Part shown: positions 21,747-33,254 of the stretch, in pieces
How the letters are laid out: every line of letters begins with the position of its first letter
How positions within the stretch are numbered: the stretch's first letter is position 1
Assembly (NCBI GenBank): GCA_001599295.1
Contig: BCGN01000004.1
Coordinates: 1,799,676-1,863,675, forward strand
Origin: Sporopachydermia quercuum
Taxonomy: Eukaryota
DNA length: 64,000 nt
Reading direction: 5' to 3'
The notes under the pieces: generated by a model
Seen by the model: only the letters and a program-made list of their open reading frames with translations
What the model was told of the DNA's origin: nothing
The model's database searches: none
Program-made: the position numbers and the translations under genes

Positions 21747-22901
21747 CTATCGACGAACTCTTCGATAAACAGTACCTTCCGGTAAGTTATACATCTTCCT
21801 AACCTCATCACTGTTTCTATCCCATATACTCCTATACACATTTGCTCCAACGGGGGTCAATCCATGCTTAGCAACAAAGTCTCGAATATCAAAAAATTCT
21901 CTTTCCAATTTGAGATCTGTAGGTAATAATTGACCATCATTGTGTTTCAATAGCCATACACAAGATCTATGAGCAGGAGCATTCTTTTCCCCAACAGCGG
22001 GGATATAATCAACTAAGGTAGTACTTTCAGCAAGCTTCTCCAGTCCAACTTCAACGTCGGTGTTGTCCTTGGTCTTTATATTAGTCACAGCGTAGTTTAA
22101 CGTGGTGGAAAATGAGTTGGCTTCTAAATCTGGAGTATCAGGATCAACAATAAGTAATGTGTATACAACACCTTCTGCAGGAACAGGATCCATGTTTTCT
22201 ATTTCAAATACTGGTGGAAAGCTTGTGACTAAACTGTGAAGAACCTCACCAGACTCAACCCAAATATTGTGAGCATTGATGAATTTTACTTTCAAGTTCA
22301 CTCTTGGATCCAATGTAGGCAAAGTATCAGGAATAATATGCAATTGTTCTAGTCTTTGCATTAACAACATCAAATCCTTTTCTTCCCATTCTTGTCGGCG
22401 CAAAAATCTGTAAACTGGCTCATCTAAAGTGTATGTTTTGGTACGGAAGTTGTAGAGCACTTCCGGGTTGATTACTTCGGCTTTGACAAGTAGATCTTCT
22501 AATTTTTTGGTTAAATTGGCTTTAGTGTCTTTATCTTCGGTGTGAGTGAGTTCTAATTCAACTTTCTTGATTTCCTCTTTGGCTTCCTTCGAATGTTCAG
22601 CTAAAATGTCGTATGCCAATGGAAAAACCTCGTTAAGGCCTACGGGAGTGTGATATTTTTCTCTGGATGCTCTTGCTCCGAGAGTGCGAGGTCCAGATTC
22701 AGGAACACCTTCAAGAACTGACTTCCTCATCAGAGGATTGTGAATTTGAAGATTTGCCTTGGCTTCTGGCCATTGCGCCAAAGTGTTCAAAGAATGTCTC
22801 GAAGAACTGAATGCCCTTGCAGGGCCGCCACTTGTACTACTGCTACCTGTGACTGTTGTCCTAGCAGTTTGAAGAACTGCTCTTCTTACAGTTGACTGCA
22901 T
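21747..22901 (-). CDS. MRPL35: mitochondrial ribosomal protein mL38 (PEBP domain)
   Basis: Arg/Ser-rich presequence from ATG 22901; LLMQRLEQLHIIPDTLPTLDP; YTLLIVDPDTPD PEBP motif. Confidence 0.9.
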   Translation of the reverse strand: MQSTVRRAVLQTARTTVTGSSSTSGGPARAFSSSRHSLNTLAQWPEAKANLQIHNPLMRKSVLEGVPESGPRTLGARASREKYHTPVGLNEVFPLAYDILAEHSKEAKEEIKKVELELTHTEDKDTKANLTKKLEDLLVKAEVINPEVLYNFRTKTYTLDEPVYRFLRRQEWEEKDLMLLMQRLEQLHIIPDTLPTLDPRVNLKVKFINAHNIWVESGEVLHSLVTSFPPVFEIENMDPVPAEGVVYTLLIVDPDTPDLEANSFSTTLNYAVTNIKTKDNTDVEVGLEKLAESTTLVDYIPAVGEKNAPAHRSCVWLLKHNDGQLLPTDLKLEREFFDIRDFVAKHGLTPVGANVYRSIWDRNSDEVRKMYNLPEGTVYRRVRR

Positions 22902-23911
22902 CGTTGAAATAATCAATCTTTTTTGAANACGTCTTTTGATGAATCAAACGCCAGCTGGTGTTTATATAAGTTAACTTGGTTATCTATATAAATTATTCAT
23001 TTGATGATCAACTGCTGATTTGTTGATTGATGGACGATGAAAAATTGCACACAAATCGCTTTCAGACTTGGAGAGGTAATTAGTGCTACATTATACGCGG
23101 GAGAATTAGAAATGGGTAAATATAGGAACTAATAATGCGAGAGTGAGATGTGTAGTCTGTTGGGCGTTGCAAAGAGACTGTTGATGAAGGCGGAAATTAT
23201 ACAGCAAGGTGATTGAGGAAGACGAGAGAGAAGGGGAAGAAAAGTTTTATGTATAATTTTGTATTTATTATGTTTAAAGGTGTAGCTTAGGATCTGGGTT
23301 TTAATGGTTTCCTGTAACAATGCAGGTTTTATGACCATTTATTAAAGCAGTGATTTCTTATCCNACCAGGAGTAGGTATTTACAAGATACAACTAGTACC
23401 CATGCATGACATGACATATGAATGAGAATAGCCATATCAAGGTAACTTTCAACCCAATCCAAGTTTAATTCTCAAGTTTTACTAACCCCAATCTAGTTTT
23501 GCTTTATATATTTCTACGTTTGCCCTGGCTTTTCATCCANGCAACATACTATTTCCCTGCCTTATTATTTCCGCTTACTTTTCCCACATCACATCTCCTT
23601 TCAATCTATCAAGGGGCTCTCTAAAGATTGCTNCTGAATTTCCTTTTTGGGCGAAACTTTTCACTTTTCTCACGTGATATTTCTTTTTTTATGGTATGCG
23701 ATCAAATGAATCTTTTGTCACTCTTTCGCTAATCACTACTTGATTATTAACCACTATTACTCTTAAATCATCACAGAAACTATACCAATAGACTCTTATA
23801 AACACATTTNNTCTATTCCTACAATTTTCAATTTCTTTCGACGGACTTTGGTCACTTTTCCCTCCTTCACTAATCATCATCCAATTTTCACCTCCAGCGC
23901 ACTCGCTCACA

Positions 23912-25090
23912 ATGTATAGCGATAAAGCATCATCAGCCGATACGAATAAATTCAAGCCTTTATTCAAACAACACAGGAGAATAGATAGAACAAATCTGGA
24001 TGCCTCAAATGTATTTATTTACAGCCAGCGTGATGAATACTCAAACCTTGATTACACTTTACAGTATCAAGACTACCTAGCGCCAGGGAAAAGTGCTAGT
24101 GAGACATTAGATCTGATCAATGAGGTATTCAATCAATACATTGATAATGGCAATGGCCATGACAATAATAAAACGCCAAAAATACAATTCACTGCTACTT
24201 TGCCAACATTAGTTACCATCAAAGAACTGCCTGGTCTTCAAATCATCCATAACTACTTCCCACCAAGAATCCAGCAGAAAGTAGTAGAAAGAACCATCAG
24301 AAGCTATATACCTCCAAATCAACATAAGTGCAACCTGGATACTCATTTTTATGTTCCAAGACCATTCAAAATTCTACCATCTCAGAATCCTGATCTAAAC
24401 AATGATGATTATACTGCTGAGACTATAATGCCTAAACCACAAGACTTATTCATCCAGCCGACACCTACTAAGCCTATTTCTCTATCAATGGCTACTGAGA
24501 GACTACTACGATGGACAACTCTTGGCGGGCAGTATAACTGGACTAATAAAACGTATCCAAGCTATGACTTTGGTAGCGAACTATGTCCGTTTATGCCAAA
24601 AGACGTTGAACTGTTGTTAGGTTGGCCTATNTTCAATATGAAGCCCGAATCTGGTATCATCAATTACTATAGTGAAGGACATATACTACTAGGACACCAG
24701 GATATTTCTGAGCTCAGTGAACGTGATCTAGTGTCAATATCAGTTGGCTGTGAGTCAGTTTTCTATATTGGTTTATATAAATCTGATTCTGAGTATGTTG
24801 AAAGTTCTGATGTGGAGGTAAAGAAGATTACTCCTTTCCAGGTTCTCCTACAGAGCGGTGATGTTCTAATTATGGGAGGATCTTCTAGAAGAGCATTTCA
24901 TGGTATAGGACGAGTGTTTCAAGGTACTTGTCCTGATTATTTAAGTGATTATAAGGAATATAGAATTGATAATGAAGGGGAAAGCGAGGATGGTGCTGAG
25001 AACGGCGATAGGGTACAGTTTTATAGAGAAATGGCAGATTGGATAAGCAAAAAAAGGTTGAATATCAATGTCAGACAAATGATTGATTAG
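23912..25090 (+). CDS. AlkB-family (ALKBH1-like) Fe(II)/2-oxoglutarate dioxygenase
   Basis: LRWTTLGGQYNW, GIINYY, HQD...H iron triad, LQSGDVLIMGG, RLNINVRQ. Confidence 0.92.
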   Translation: MYSDKASSADTNKFKPLFKQHRRIDRTNLDASNVFIYSQRDEYSNLDYTLQYQDYLAPGKSASETLDLINEVFNQYIDNGNGHDNNKTPKIQFTATLPTLVTIKELPGLQIIHNYFPPRIQQKVVERTIRSYIPPNQHKCNLDTHFYVPRPFKILPSQNPDLNNDDYTAETIMPKPQDLFIQPTPTKPISLSMATERLLRWTTLGGQYNWTNKTYPSYDFGSELCPFMPKDVELLLGWPXFNMKPESGIINYYSEGHILLGHQDISELSERDLVSISVGCESVFYIGLYKSDSEYVESSDVEVKKITPFQVLLQSGDVLIMGGSSRRAFHGIGRVFQGTCPDYLSDYKEYRIDNEGESEDGAENGDRVQFYREMADWISKKRLNINVRQMID

Positions 25091-25640
25091 ATTAGTTTAT
25101 CTGATCAATAAGTGCTGAAATTGTATTAATTAATTCTGTCTTAAATGTATTAAAAGAGGAATATATTAGGCGGAAAATACCAGCGGAAATGGTTCTTTTT
25201 CAGTAATCTCAATTCAATCTCGTATACCAGTTTTAGTTATTCCGCAATTACAACCAAATAGGATTAACTGATAACAGAAAGCAAGAAGACGAAAGGAAAG
25301 TCTCAACAAGAAAAGGATGAATGATTTAAAATACATTGGTAGGTAATTGCTGATTGGTGGGTCAGTTAATATACATGATTACTCAATTATGAGATAGCTA
25401 TATTCTGGATAGTAGACACGATATTGGTTCTCTTTTGAGCGTTATTGATTCTGGGAATGTCATATTAAGTGAACAATTATTATGTAGGAGAACAGCTAGG
25501 AAAGCAAGTTTCTAATGTAATAATACACACACGCACATATACACTATATTATACCGCTACCTTGTCATGATATGATACTGTTATACTACTATACTTTTAT
25601 AACTTATATCATACTATTTATACATTTTCTACCTTACCAT

Positions 25641-28600
25641 TCATTCATCTTTAACCATCTCATTGAAACCAGCGGTAGAAAGAGAAGTACCGTTAACAGT
25701 ATTCACACTGCTGCTGCTTTCATTGCCAGTAAATGTATTGGCACGCTTCCTCTGCTGCTGCTGCTGCTGTTGCTTTCCTGCTTCATAAAATTCAAACTGG
25801 ATAGCTCGTTTCAACGAGAAAACATCTCCTCCTACTGGAAAATTTAAATTAGAAGCTGAGTTATTATTGGATTTACTTCCAAGTCCTGCGGTAGTCCCTG
25901 TGCTGAAAAAAGCACTGCTTCCGTTTCCTGGTGTGGAAGTAGTTCCTGTAGTATTGTTGTTACTGCCACCACTAGTTCCAGTACCATTCTTCTTATCAAA
26001 CTCATCAGGCGTCATAATGCTAATATTTGATACTGAATTACTAATTGGCAGTCTTAGAGGATACTTGCTAGCAGCCAATGAAGCAGCAACTGATTCAACG
26101 TCCATTTCCTTGTTCCCATTGCTTTTACCTATTGAATGATTCACTGATGTTTCCAAGCTTTTACCTGAACCTGAAATTTTCCCTGCATTTCCAATGCTTA
26201 TTCCTACCGTTCCTATATTAGATCCTGCTGATATAGGTGTATTGACACTTCCATTAATATTGTTATTACAATTAGTATTGACTCCGTCCGAGAGGCCAAC
26301 AGTTGATATTGGTGTAGAAGAGTTGATTGACAGTTCTTTCCAGTCGAATCCTTCCTCACCATTTAATCCATCTCCCGTACTGCTGCTCTTTCCTACCCCG
26401 GGACCAATACTGTTCTGTCTTATTGGTGTGGTAAAACTTGACGCTGATTGGTTTCTTTTACTGGTTGTGATGCTCAAGCTTCGCTCTTCGCCTTGAAATA
26501 AAGCCTTTTCAGCTGCGCCAGCAGCTATCTTCGCTTTATGCTTATCCAGAGTTTTATCTCTATTCCTGATGGTGGAATCTGAGTCTTTGCCAATAGGATT
26601 TCCAGTACTATCAAACAGTTTTCTAACCGGAATGTCGAAATAGTTGCTTTTCTGTTTATTTCCCGAGCCGGAATGCGAAATCGAGTGTGCATTTACGTGT
26701 GAATTGAATTGAAACCCGCCAGAACTTGGTGGGGCAGACCTCAATGAAGGCTCCATACCTGGTGGAAATGACTGTGGGATGCTCAATCGTGGCACTGGTG
26801 CTTTTTTGGTTCTGGCAAGATTCATGTTTACACGGCCACTATCACCAGTTATAGTGTTGCCACTGCTATTGCTGTTGTTCATGCTGTTTGCCATAGTTAT
26901 ATCTGCTCTAGAATCACCATAGACGTCAGGAATGTTCACCAGAGATCGCGTAGGCCGCAGAATGGACTCAGACAATGGTTCTGTCTCATACCCATTGACT
27001 CCTGTGTATGGATACTGCTGAGAATGAGAATTAGAATGCAGATATTGGTTGGAATAGGACGAAAGCGAATAGCAAGAGTGGGAATGCGCGTTTGAATAAG
27101 GATAGGAAGATGAATCAATTGTATGGTCACTATTGGTATCGCTGATAGTAGAAGCACTGTTGGCTGGTGATACGCTTTCATTGCTTTCGTTGCTTCCACT
27201 GATTAATCCTGTGATTCCCTTTCCTTGATGTCCATTGCCGCCTTCCTGCACAGCATTTCCCTTAGAATTCATGTTGGAATGTAAATGGTTATAGTTATGG
27301 TTATGGTGATCTGATTGAGCCTGGGACAGCATTAGAGATTCTTCATTTAATAATTGAGTAAACCGTTCAAAGTTCTGCATGGAATTAGAGGCATATGACT
27401 CTCCTGATGGAAGTCCTGTTGCAAGTCCTGACGAAATGTCATTGATAACTTTAGCAACGCTTGTTTGCTTCTCTTCGTACCCGTTGAATGTGCCATCGCG
27501 AAAATTCCACAGTAAAACAGTGTTCCTCGTAGTTGTTTCTGGCTTGGAATTGGAATTAGAGCTTGAACTATCCCCAATGCTAATATCGTGTAGTTTACTG
27601 CCATTATCGTCATCATTTATGTTCTGCCGGTAACTGATTATTTGCACGATAACCAACTTCCTTAACAGCTCATCTCTATCATCGGCAACGAACATCCCTG
27701 TATGCGGGCACTGGCTATCTCTTTGCTGGAGCCAGTATAAATAGCTACCCAGAAAATCTCTTGCGCAGGGGACAACCAGCATGCTATGGCCGGTTGATTG
27801 GTCCACGGGGATGGCACCTTTGAGGATTTCTTCTTTGAAGCTGATTTCTCTGTTGCCCCGGTAGATTCTTGTCGATAGGAACCATTGGCCTTTAGAGCTG
27901 TTACTATTGCTATTAAGATTACTATTATTGTTATTGCCGTTGCAGCTGGTGTTGCCACTTCCAGGATTTGATACTAATAGTTCAACCTCAGAGCTGAAGA
28001 TTCCGCCAATTGTTTCCATTGACTGATTGTGGAAAGCTATAGGCGTGTTTAAATGATAAATAGCAGTAGGATCGCTGCTGATGCACACATCTACTACTTG
28101 AGGAGTAATCAAACAAGCCTGTTGGAGAGAAGACAAGGAAACCGTATTGAGAGTGCCAGATTGCAAGGTAGAATCAGTGAATTCGCTGTAGTACTGTTTT
28201 GATCGACTATCGCTATATGTTATAAAAGCTTTGATAGGCAACAATTGCATTGAATCACGGGGACTTTTACTGGTTGAGAATCCCTGGTGCTGATGATCAA
28301 ATTCCTCGTTCTCATTCACTTTCTCAAGCAAGTTTACACTCATATTACTATTCAAGTTGCTATTCATTCTTGCTAAAGGAGATTTCCCTGTGCTAGCTGT
28401 TGATATGCTATTAGGAGATTCACCATTAGCAGAAGTACTTCCAACGCCATTAACTATTATATTCATCAGCTCTTTATCATGAGTATATTGTCGTTTAAAC
28501 ACTTGGAGCCTATTACTAATCTGCTGTCGCGTTCTATAATGACCGGTTTTCTCTCTAATGTACTGAGAGATCATCTCATTTCTGCCAACAGTCTTACCGC

Positions 28601-29552
28601 CTTCTCTTTGGTCTTTATAATTGAAACCAAACTTTGGATACTTTCTTAAAGCTTCAACAAGATATCTATCGATTGTAGGAGTCCAAACTTCCGATTTAGC
28701 GAGTTTCTGATCGGTTGATCGTTTGATAGATGGTAAATTATCCTTCAAAGGAGATACTTCTGCAAGTGGAGTTCTGGAAGCAGAAGAAGTTCGAGAATAT
28801 GTTTCCGACAGGGATCTCGTTCGCAGGGGAATTGTATGGGAAGACACTGGCACTGTAGAAGGACCCGTTGGAGCTGTGGTCGGCACCTGTCTTTGGGTAT
28901 ACATATAACGGCCCATAGCAACCGGGGACAAGTTCACGGGAGTTGAATCAGCAGATTTGGTGATCACGTTGGAATTGACGTCGGCATTGCTGTTTCCATT
29001 GGTGAAAATATCAGCAGAAGACTCAGAAGAGACTGAAGATCCCGCCGAAGCAGTGAACGTGGTAGTCACCAACGAAGATGTAGACGATCCTGTGTTACAG
29101 GAACTAATTCTAGTTGGAATTCCTGTGCTAGCTTTCCCCATCACCACGTTAGAAGCTGTAGCAGATTCTGCTTCCTTATTGACGCTGATATTACTAGCAT
29201 TATTCTCTCGCTGTATTGGCGACATCACTAGGTAGTTATGTATTTTTGACTGCTGGAAAGGAGAAGCTTGGATATCGTCAAAAAACATCTCTGTCGCATT
29301 TGTCGAGTCGTTGAGCCAGATGTAATCCAGATGGTTTGAAGAAGGGGTTCCTGAACCGGTTATTGAGTTGTTGATTGATTCTGACGCTGTTGTAGTATCG
29401 CATGAAGAGTGCGGAGTGTTAGGCGGTAGAGTATGACCATCGTGATGTGATACGGCGCTTATAGAACCAGCGTCGAGCACTGGAGCTTCTGGGGTATCAA
29501 AATCCATCATTATATCGGTCTCAGATGCTTCCTGAGGTGTGACTGAAGCCAT
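25641..29552 (-). CDS. TEA/ATTS-domain transcription factor (AbaA/Tec1 family), 1303 aa
   Basis: TEA domain EVWTPTIDRYLVEAL...GRNEMISQYIREKTGHYRTRQQISNRLQVFK (~28490-28695); extensive S/N-rich regions. Confidence 0.88.
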   Translation of the reverse strand: MASVTPQEASETDIMMDFDTPEAPVLDAGSISAVSHHDGHTLPPNTPHSSCDTTTASESINNSITGSGTPSSNHLDYIWLNDSTNATEMFFDDIQASPFQQSKIHNYLVMSPIQRENNASNISVNKEAESATASNVVMGKASTGIPTRISSCNTGSSTSSLVTTTFTASAGSSVSSESSADIFTNGNSNADVNSNVITKSADSTPVNLSPVAMGRYMYTQRQVPTTAPTGPSTVPVSSHTIPLRTRSLSETYSRTSSASRTPLAEVSPLKDNLPSIKRSTDQKLAKSEVWTPTIDRYLVEALRKYPKFGFNYKDQREGGKTVGRNEMISQYIREKTGHYRTRQQISNRLQVFKRQYTHDKELMNIIVNGVGSTSANGESPNSISTASTGKSPLARMNSNLNSNMSVNLLEKVNENEEFDHQHQGFSTSKSPRDSMQLLPIKAFITYSDSRSKQYYSEFTDSTLQSGTLNTVSLSSLQQACLITPQVVDVCISSDPTAIYHLNTPIAFHNQSMETIGGIFSSEVELLVSNPGSGNTSCNGNNNNSNLNSNSNSSKGQWFLSTRIYRGNREISFKEEILKGAIPVDQSTGHSMLVVPCARDFLGSYLYWLQQRDSQCPHTGMFVADDRDELLRKLVIVQIISYRQNINDDDNGSKLHDISIGDSSSSNSNSKPETTTRNTVLLWNFRDGTFNGYEEKQTSVAKVINDISSGLATGLPSGESYASNSMQNFERFTQLLNEESLMLSQAQSDHHNHNYNHLHSNMNSKGNAVQEGGNGHQGKGITGLISGSNESNESVSPANSASTISDTNSDHTIDSSSYPYSNAHSHSCYSLSSYSNQYLHSNSHSQQYPYTGVNGYETEPLSESILRPTRSLVNIPDVYGDSRADITMANSMNNSNSSGNTITGDSGRVNMNLARTKKAPVPRLSIPQSFPPGMEPSLRSAPPSSGGFQFNSHVNAHSISHSGSGNKQKSNYFDIPVRKLFDSTGNPIGKDSDSTIRNRDKTLDKHKAKIAAGAAEKALFQGEERSLSITTSKRNQSASSFTTPIRQNSIGPGVGKSSSTGDGLNGEEGFDWKELSINSSTPISTVGLSDGVNTNCNNNINGSVNTPISAGSNIGTVGISIGNAGKISGSGKSLETSVNHSIGKSNGNKEMDVESVAASLAASKYPLRLPISNSVSNISIMTPDEFDKKNGTGTSGGSNNNTTGTTSTPGNGSSAFFSTGTTAGLGSKSNNNSASNLNFPVGGDVFSLKRAIQFEFYEAGKQQQQQQQRKRANTFTGNESSSSVNTVNGTSLSTAGFNEMVKDE

Positions 29553-31038
29553 TTTGTAGTACGGCGATGTAGTGATTTTGGTAGACTAATTGCTACTGAT
29601 GTTACGCTATATAGTGATATGATACACACGCTGTAATGGAAGGCAGGTACTGTACAAGATTGAGCTTCTTCCTGATAAATTCGAGTATAACCTGTTGNTA
29701 AGAAACGTGAATTTGAATAAAATACGCGTAAATCTCAAAGAATAAGCTATGAACAGCGTTGAAGTAGTTAACTTATACTTCTACTTGCTGTATGCTAATA
29801 ACAAAGACAATTGATAAGCACAATGATGCTGTACTATTTGAATTATGAANACGCGCTTAAGATGATTTCCTTCACAATGATTACTATGCAAAACAATGAA
29901 ATCCCACTGATTATGATGAATAAACAGTTTTCAACAAGTATTTAGCTGAAGCAGGATTCTAGCTGTTGTTTGTTGCGAATGTTGTTTGGCTTGGTGCAGC
30001 GCATGCCAGCTGTATCGATGCTTGTTTACTATGCAAAATTGGACAATTTAAGGATGGGAAAAAGTGTGAAAACAAAGATATCCAAAGGAAATGTGTACAG
30101 CATCAAAACTCTGGAAAAATTGAAATGAAATGACGAGAAATAATGAATAATAAAAAGCGAATCAGAAGATGAAAACAGGTAAAGCAAAGTGAAATGAGAC
30201 AATGTATAAAATATGAAGGTTCGAAGTCGAGTTAAAGTTACATAAAAGTAGCAAGCGAGTTGTTTATATTAAGTTTAAGGTTAAGGACTAAAAGGGACGT
30301 TGTTTATTGTGTACGAATATATTTCGGAAACAATATGATTGATTGTGAGGAAACAATACGGACAAGGAGCAGTATACTAGGTAGGGGTTTAAAAGAGATT
30401 TGAATTTGCAAGGGAGTAAAGGAAGAATTGCTTATTTTACTATAGAAGAACCTGAAAAATTGATGTAGACGTTTGCTTGTTATTGGTAGAATTGTTATTA
30501 CAATGAATGAAGAAGCAGCTGCTAAAGTTAAAGAGATAAGGAGCTGGATACTGATAAATCTGTAGAAGGTCAAATCCATCATACATCGTACTGTGAAGTT
30601 ATGAAGTGTGGCTTGTATGAAACATAAGCTGAAAAACAATATTCAATGCTATTAAATAAGAACAAAAAATTTCTCTCACCATCAATTAGTCTCAATAGAC
30701 AATCAGGAATAAACATGATTTTCTTTGAAGAAAAATAATTGAGTGTACGTAGTGTAATGATCACCAATCAATGAATTGAAACCAATTGCAGTTTGATTGC
30801 AATTCAGTGTGATGGTTATCCCAGCTGATTATTACAACTGTGGATATAATCATTCTTTAATTAATCAGCCGTAATAATCAGCTTAAGAATGGTTTATTCA
30901 TATCATAAGTTCCGTCAAATATCTCATCATTTTGACCATACAATAGTCTGTAATACTTGACAGTGAACTCTTCATAGTGAACAAAACATTTACAGTTACG
31001 TACAAATTATAAGGTTGGTGTTGAATTCAATCGTAGAA

Positions 31039-31151
31039 ACGCGTTTGCATTTATCTGCGTCAGGTTTCTGTGGGGTTATTCGCACGATTAGGTGACAATA
31101 TGCATGTTCATGTATGAACGTCTAACGCGTGGATGCAGATGACGAACGCGT
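31039..31151. promoter_or_regulatory. cluster of three ACGCGT (MCB/APSES-type) elements
   Basis: ACGCGT at 31039, 31125 and 31146; a fourth at 29724. Confidence 0.5.
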
Positions 31152-32367
31152 GTTGATTCATAGTTGACAGTGTTCCATGCTCAAAAAGGAAGAAATGAAT
31201 GGAGGAATCATCGTTTTCAACTTGATGGTTAAGGTATAGTTAATTTTTTTTTACTTGGGCTATAAATGTTTGAAAAGCTGAGATGATCTGATACCGGTGT
31301 CTATAGTAACAGGCTTATGATAGGCATAAAAGCAAATCTTTCTGAGACTATTAAAACTAGCAAATGGGCTTTTANGTCTGATGATATGTTATTTTGAAAG
31401 ATAGTTGCCTTCAATATGATTCTTTTGACTTTGTTAGGTATTGTCTATTAGCACATCAACTGATTGTATGTCAGTTCTTATTATTAAAAGAAAATGCATA
31501 AAACTAGCATGAAAGTACATGTTCAATAATTGTGAAGGGAGATAGTAGCTCTACATTATCGGTTATAGCCAACGTTTTACATGATTATTCTGGGACATTT
31601 GAAACATTTTTTGCTANCCGGACAATATCCTGTCAAACGCGAATGAAAATAAACACGAAAATTCCCTNTATACTCTTTAAGGATATNGAAACTCAACGAT
31701 GTGTAGAATAAATTAATTAAGTCGCCATTTAAATGTTTAAGGGTGATTTGTTCGAGTAGGTTTCGAGATGATCTCGGTTTATAAGTAAGGCTGCTTGTCG
31801 TGTATATCTAAAGTTGNTCAATGTAATAGGACAATTGAAATGTCACAAAGTACTTAGATCCTTGGAGGGGCATATGCCATCAGGGAGGCTACTATTTATT
31901 CAGTTTAACAAAGGTGAGAATAAGTTTCATAAAGCTCAAATATCCGAATTCATCCTAAAGAAATATGGCAATATCGTAAAGGGAAATCGAGGACTATTTC
32001 GTCATGTTCATAACATGTGTTAAAGAACCGAGCATTCAAGCAAGTAAGAACTTGTGAATTGTCAATGGTCAAAAGTTAAATCACTTTAGAATGGATTTGA
32101 TGAAAATCAAACCCAGGTGAGAGCCTCTTATCAATTATAGTTAAATATTCACTAATTGATTGTTTGATCAATGGAACTCGTAGATCTATCAAACAGACCG
32201 ACTNTAAAGACATATCATTAAAAGCTANATCTCATAATCTCACGTATTCTACCTACTCATTTCAACATCTACGTCTTGTCTACAAAATAGATAAAACATA
32301 ATCCAGTAAATATACATTAATGATGGTAGGAAAACCTATACGACTAGCTCGATACATTCAATGCAAT

Positions 32368-33254
32368 TTAGTGTCTCTTCTTTTCTTCGTAGACCTTCTT
32401 GGACTTGTTGGCTTGGCCGTAAGCAGAAGCCTTGATGACGGTAGGGAAGATCAAATCGTCGTTGTAACCCTTGGCAGAGGCAACTGCAGCAGCAGTAACA
32501 GTCTTAGGGTTGCTGTACTTTTGGAACTTGGTGATCTTGACNGCCTTTCTAGGCTTGGAGAAATCACCGACCTTCTTAGCGATGATGATTCTTCCCTTGT
32601 TGTCCTTGTAGACACCAATGGCAGTTTCACTAACCAAGCTGGAGAACTTCTTGGTGTTCTTTCCGCTAGCGTTAAGAGGATCAGTGGAGAAGCTGACACC
32701 ACCAGCTGATCTTCTCTTCACAATGAAGCGAGAGTTGTTGTTGGTAAGAGCCCAAAGGAAATCGCTACATTTGTTAATAATCCGTTCATAAAATTAATAA
32801 GTTGAGAAAGGATGAAATAGTATTTCATATGGTTCGATTTGGGTGTTGCACTGATGCACATGTAAACAGTTGTAGATAAACGTGCGGTTACATTATAACT
32901 GATTGAATCAAGTTTGAATTTGGCAAATATGTGCCATATTGCAGNTGAACATCGAATAGGCTTGTTGAGATCTATTTGTATGAAAAATAGGTCTTTGTTG
33001 ATTGATAATTTCAACCCATAACTAACACTAACTTAGTATCAAAAGACCACGTTAAATGTGTAGATTCTATAACCTTCAGTCACTCTTTCATTCTGCATCC
33101 CTAAATGTATTTCCACCCTNTATCCTTCGACACAACCTTCCTGCTTATTAAATTTTCCCCATNAATTCAAATTGACCATAACCATCATTCCTTTTCCTAA
33201 CTCTGACTTCGCTTATTAGCATCATAATACGTACTTAGAAACGTTGGAAGACAT
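32368..33254 (-). CDS. 60S ribosomal protein eL28 (L28e); exons 33254-33235 and 32764-32368, 138 aa
   Basis: Spliced product MSSNVSN|DFLWALTNNNSRFIVKRRSAGGVSFSTDPLN, typical of L28e; codon bias of a highly expressed gene. Confidence 0.9.
32765..33234 (-). other. spliceosomal intron (470 nt) of eL28
   Basis: GTACGT donor, TATTAAC branch at 32773-32779, TAG acceptor; long 5'-proximal intron typical of yeast ribosomal protein genes. Confidence 0.88.

Noticed and set aside
30618..31606. Ste12 PREs (TGAAACA) upstream of the TEA gene
   Set aside because: Two copies 1 kb apart in AT-rich DNA is close to chance expectation.
32765..33234. Intronic snoRNA in the eL28 intron
   Set aside because: No clear C box/D box pair or H/ACA hairpin layout by eye; an Rfam scan would be needed.
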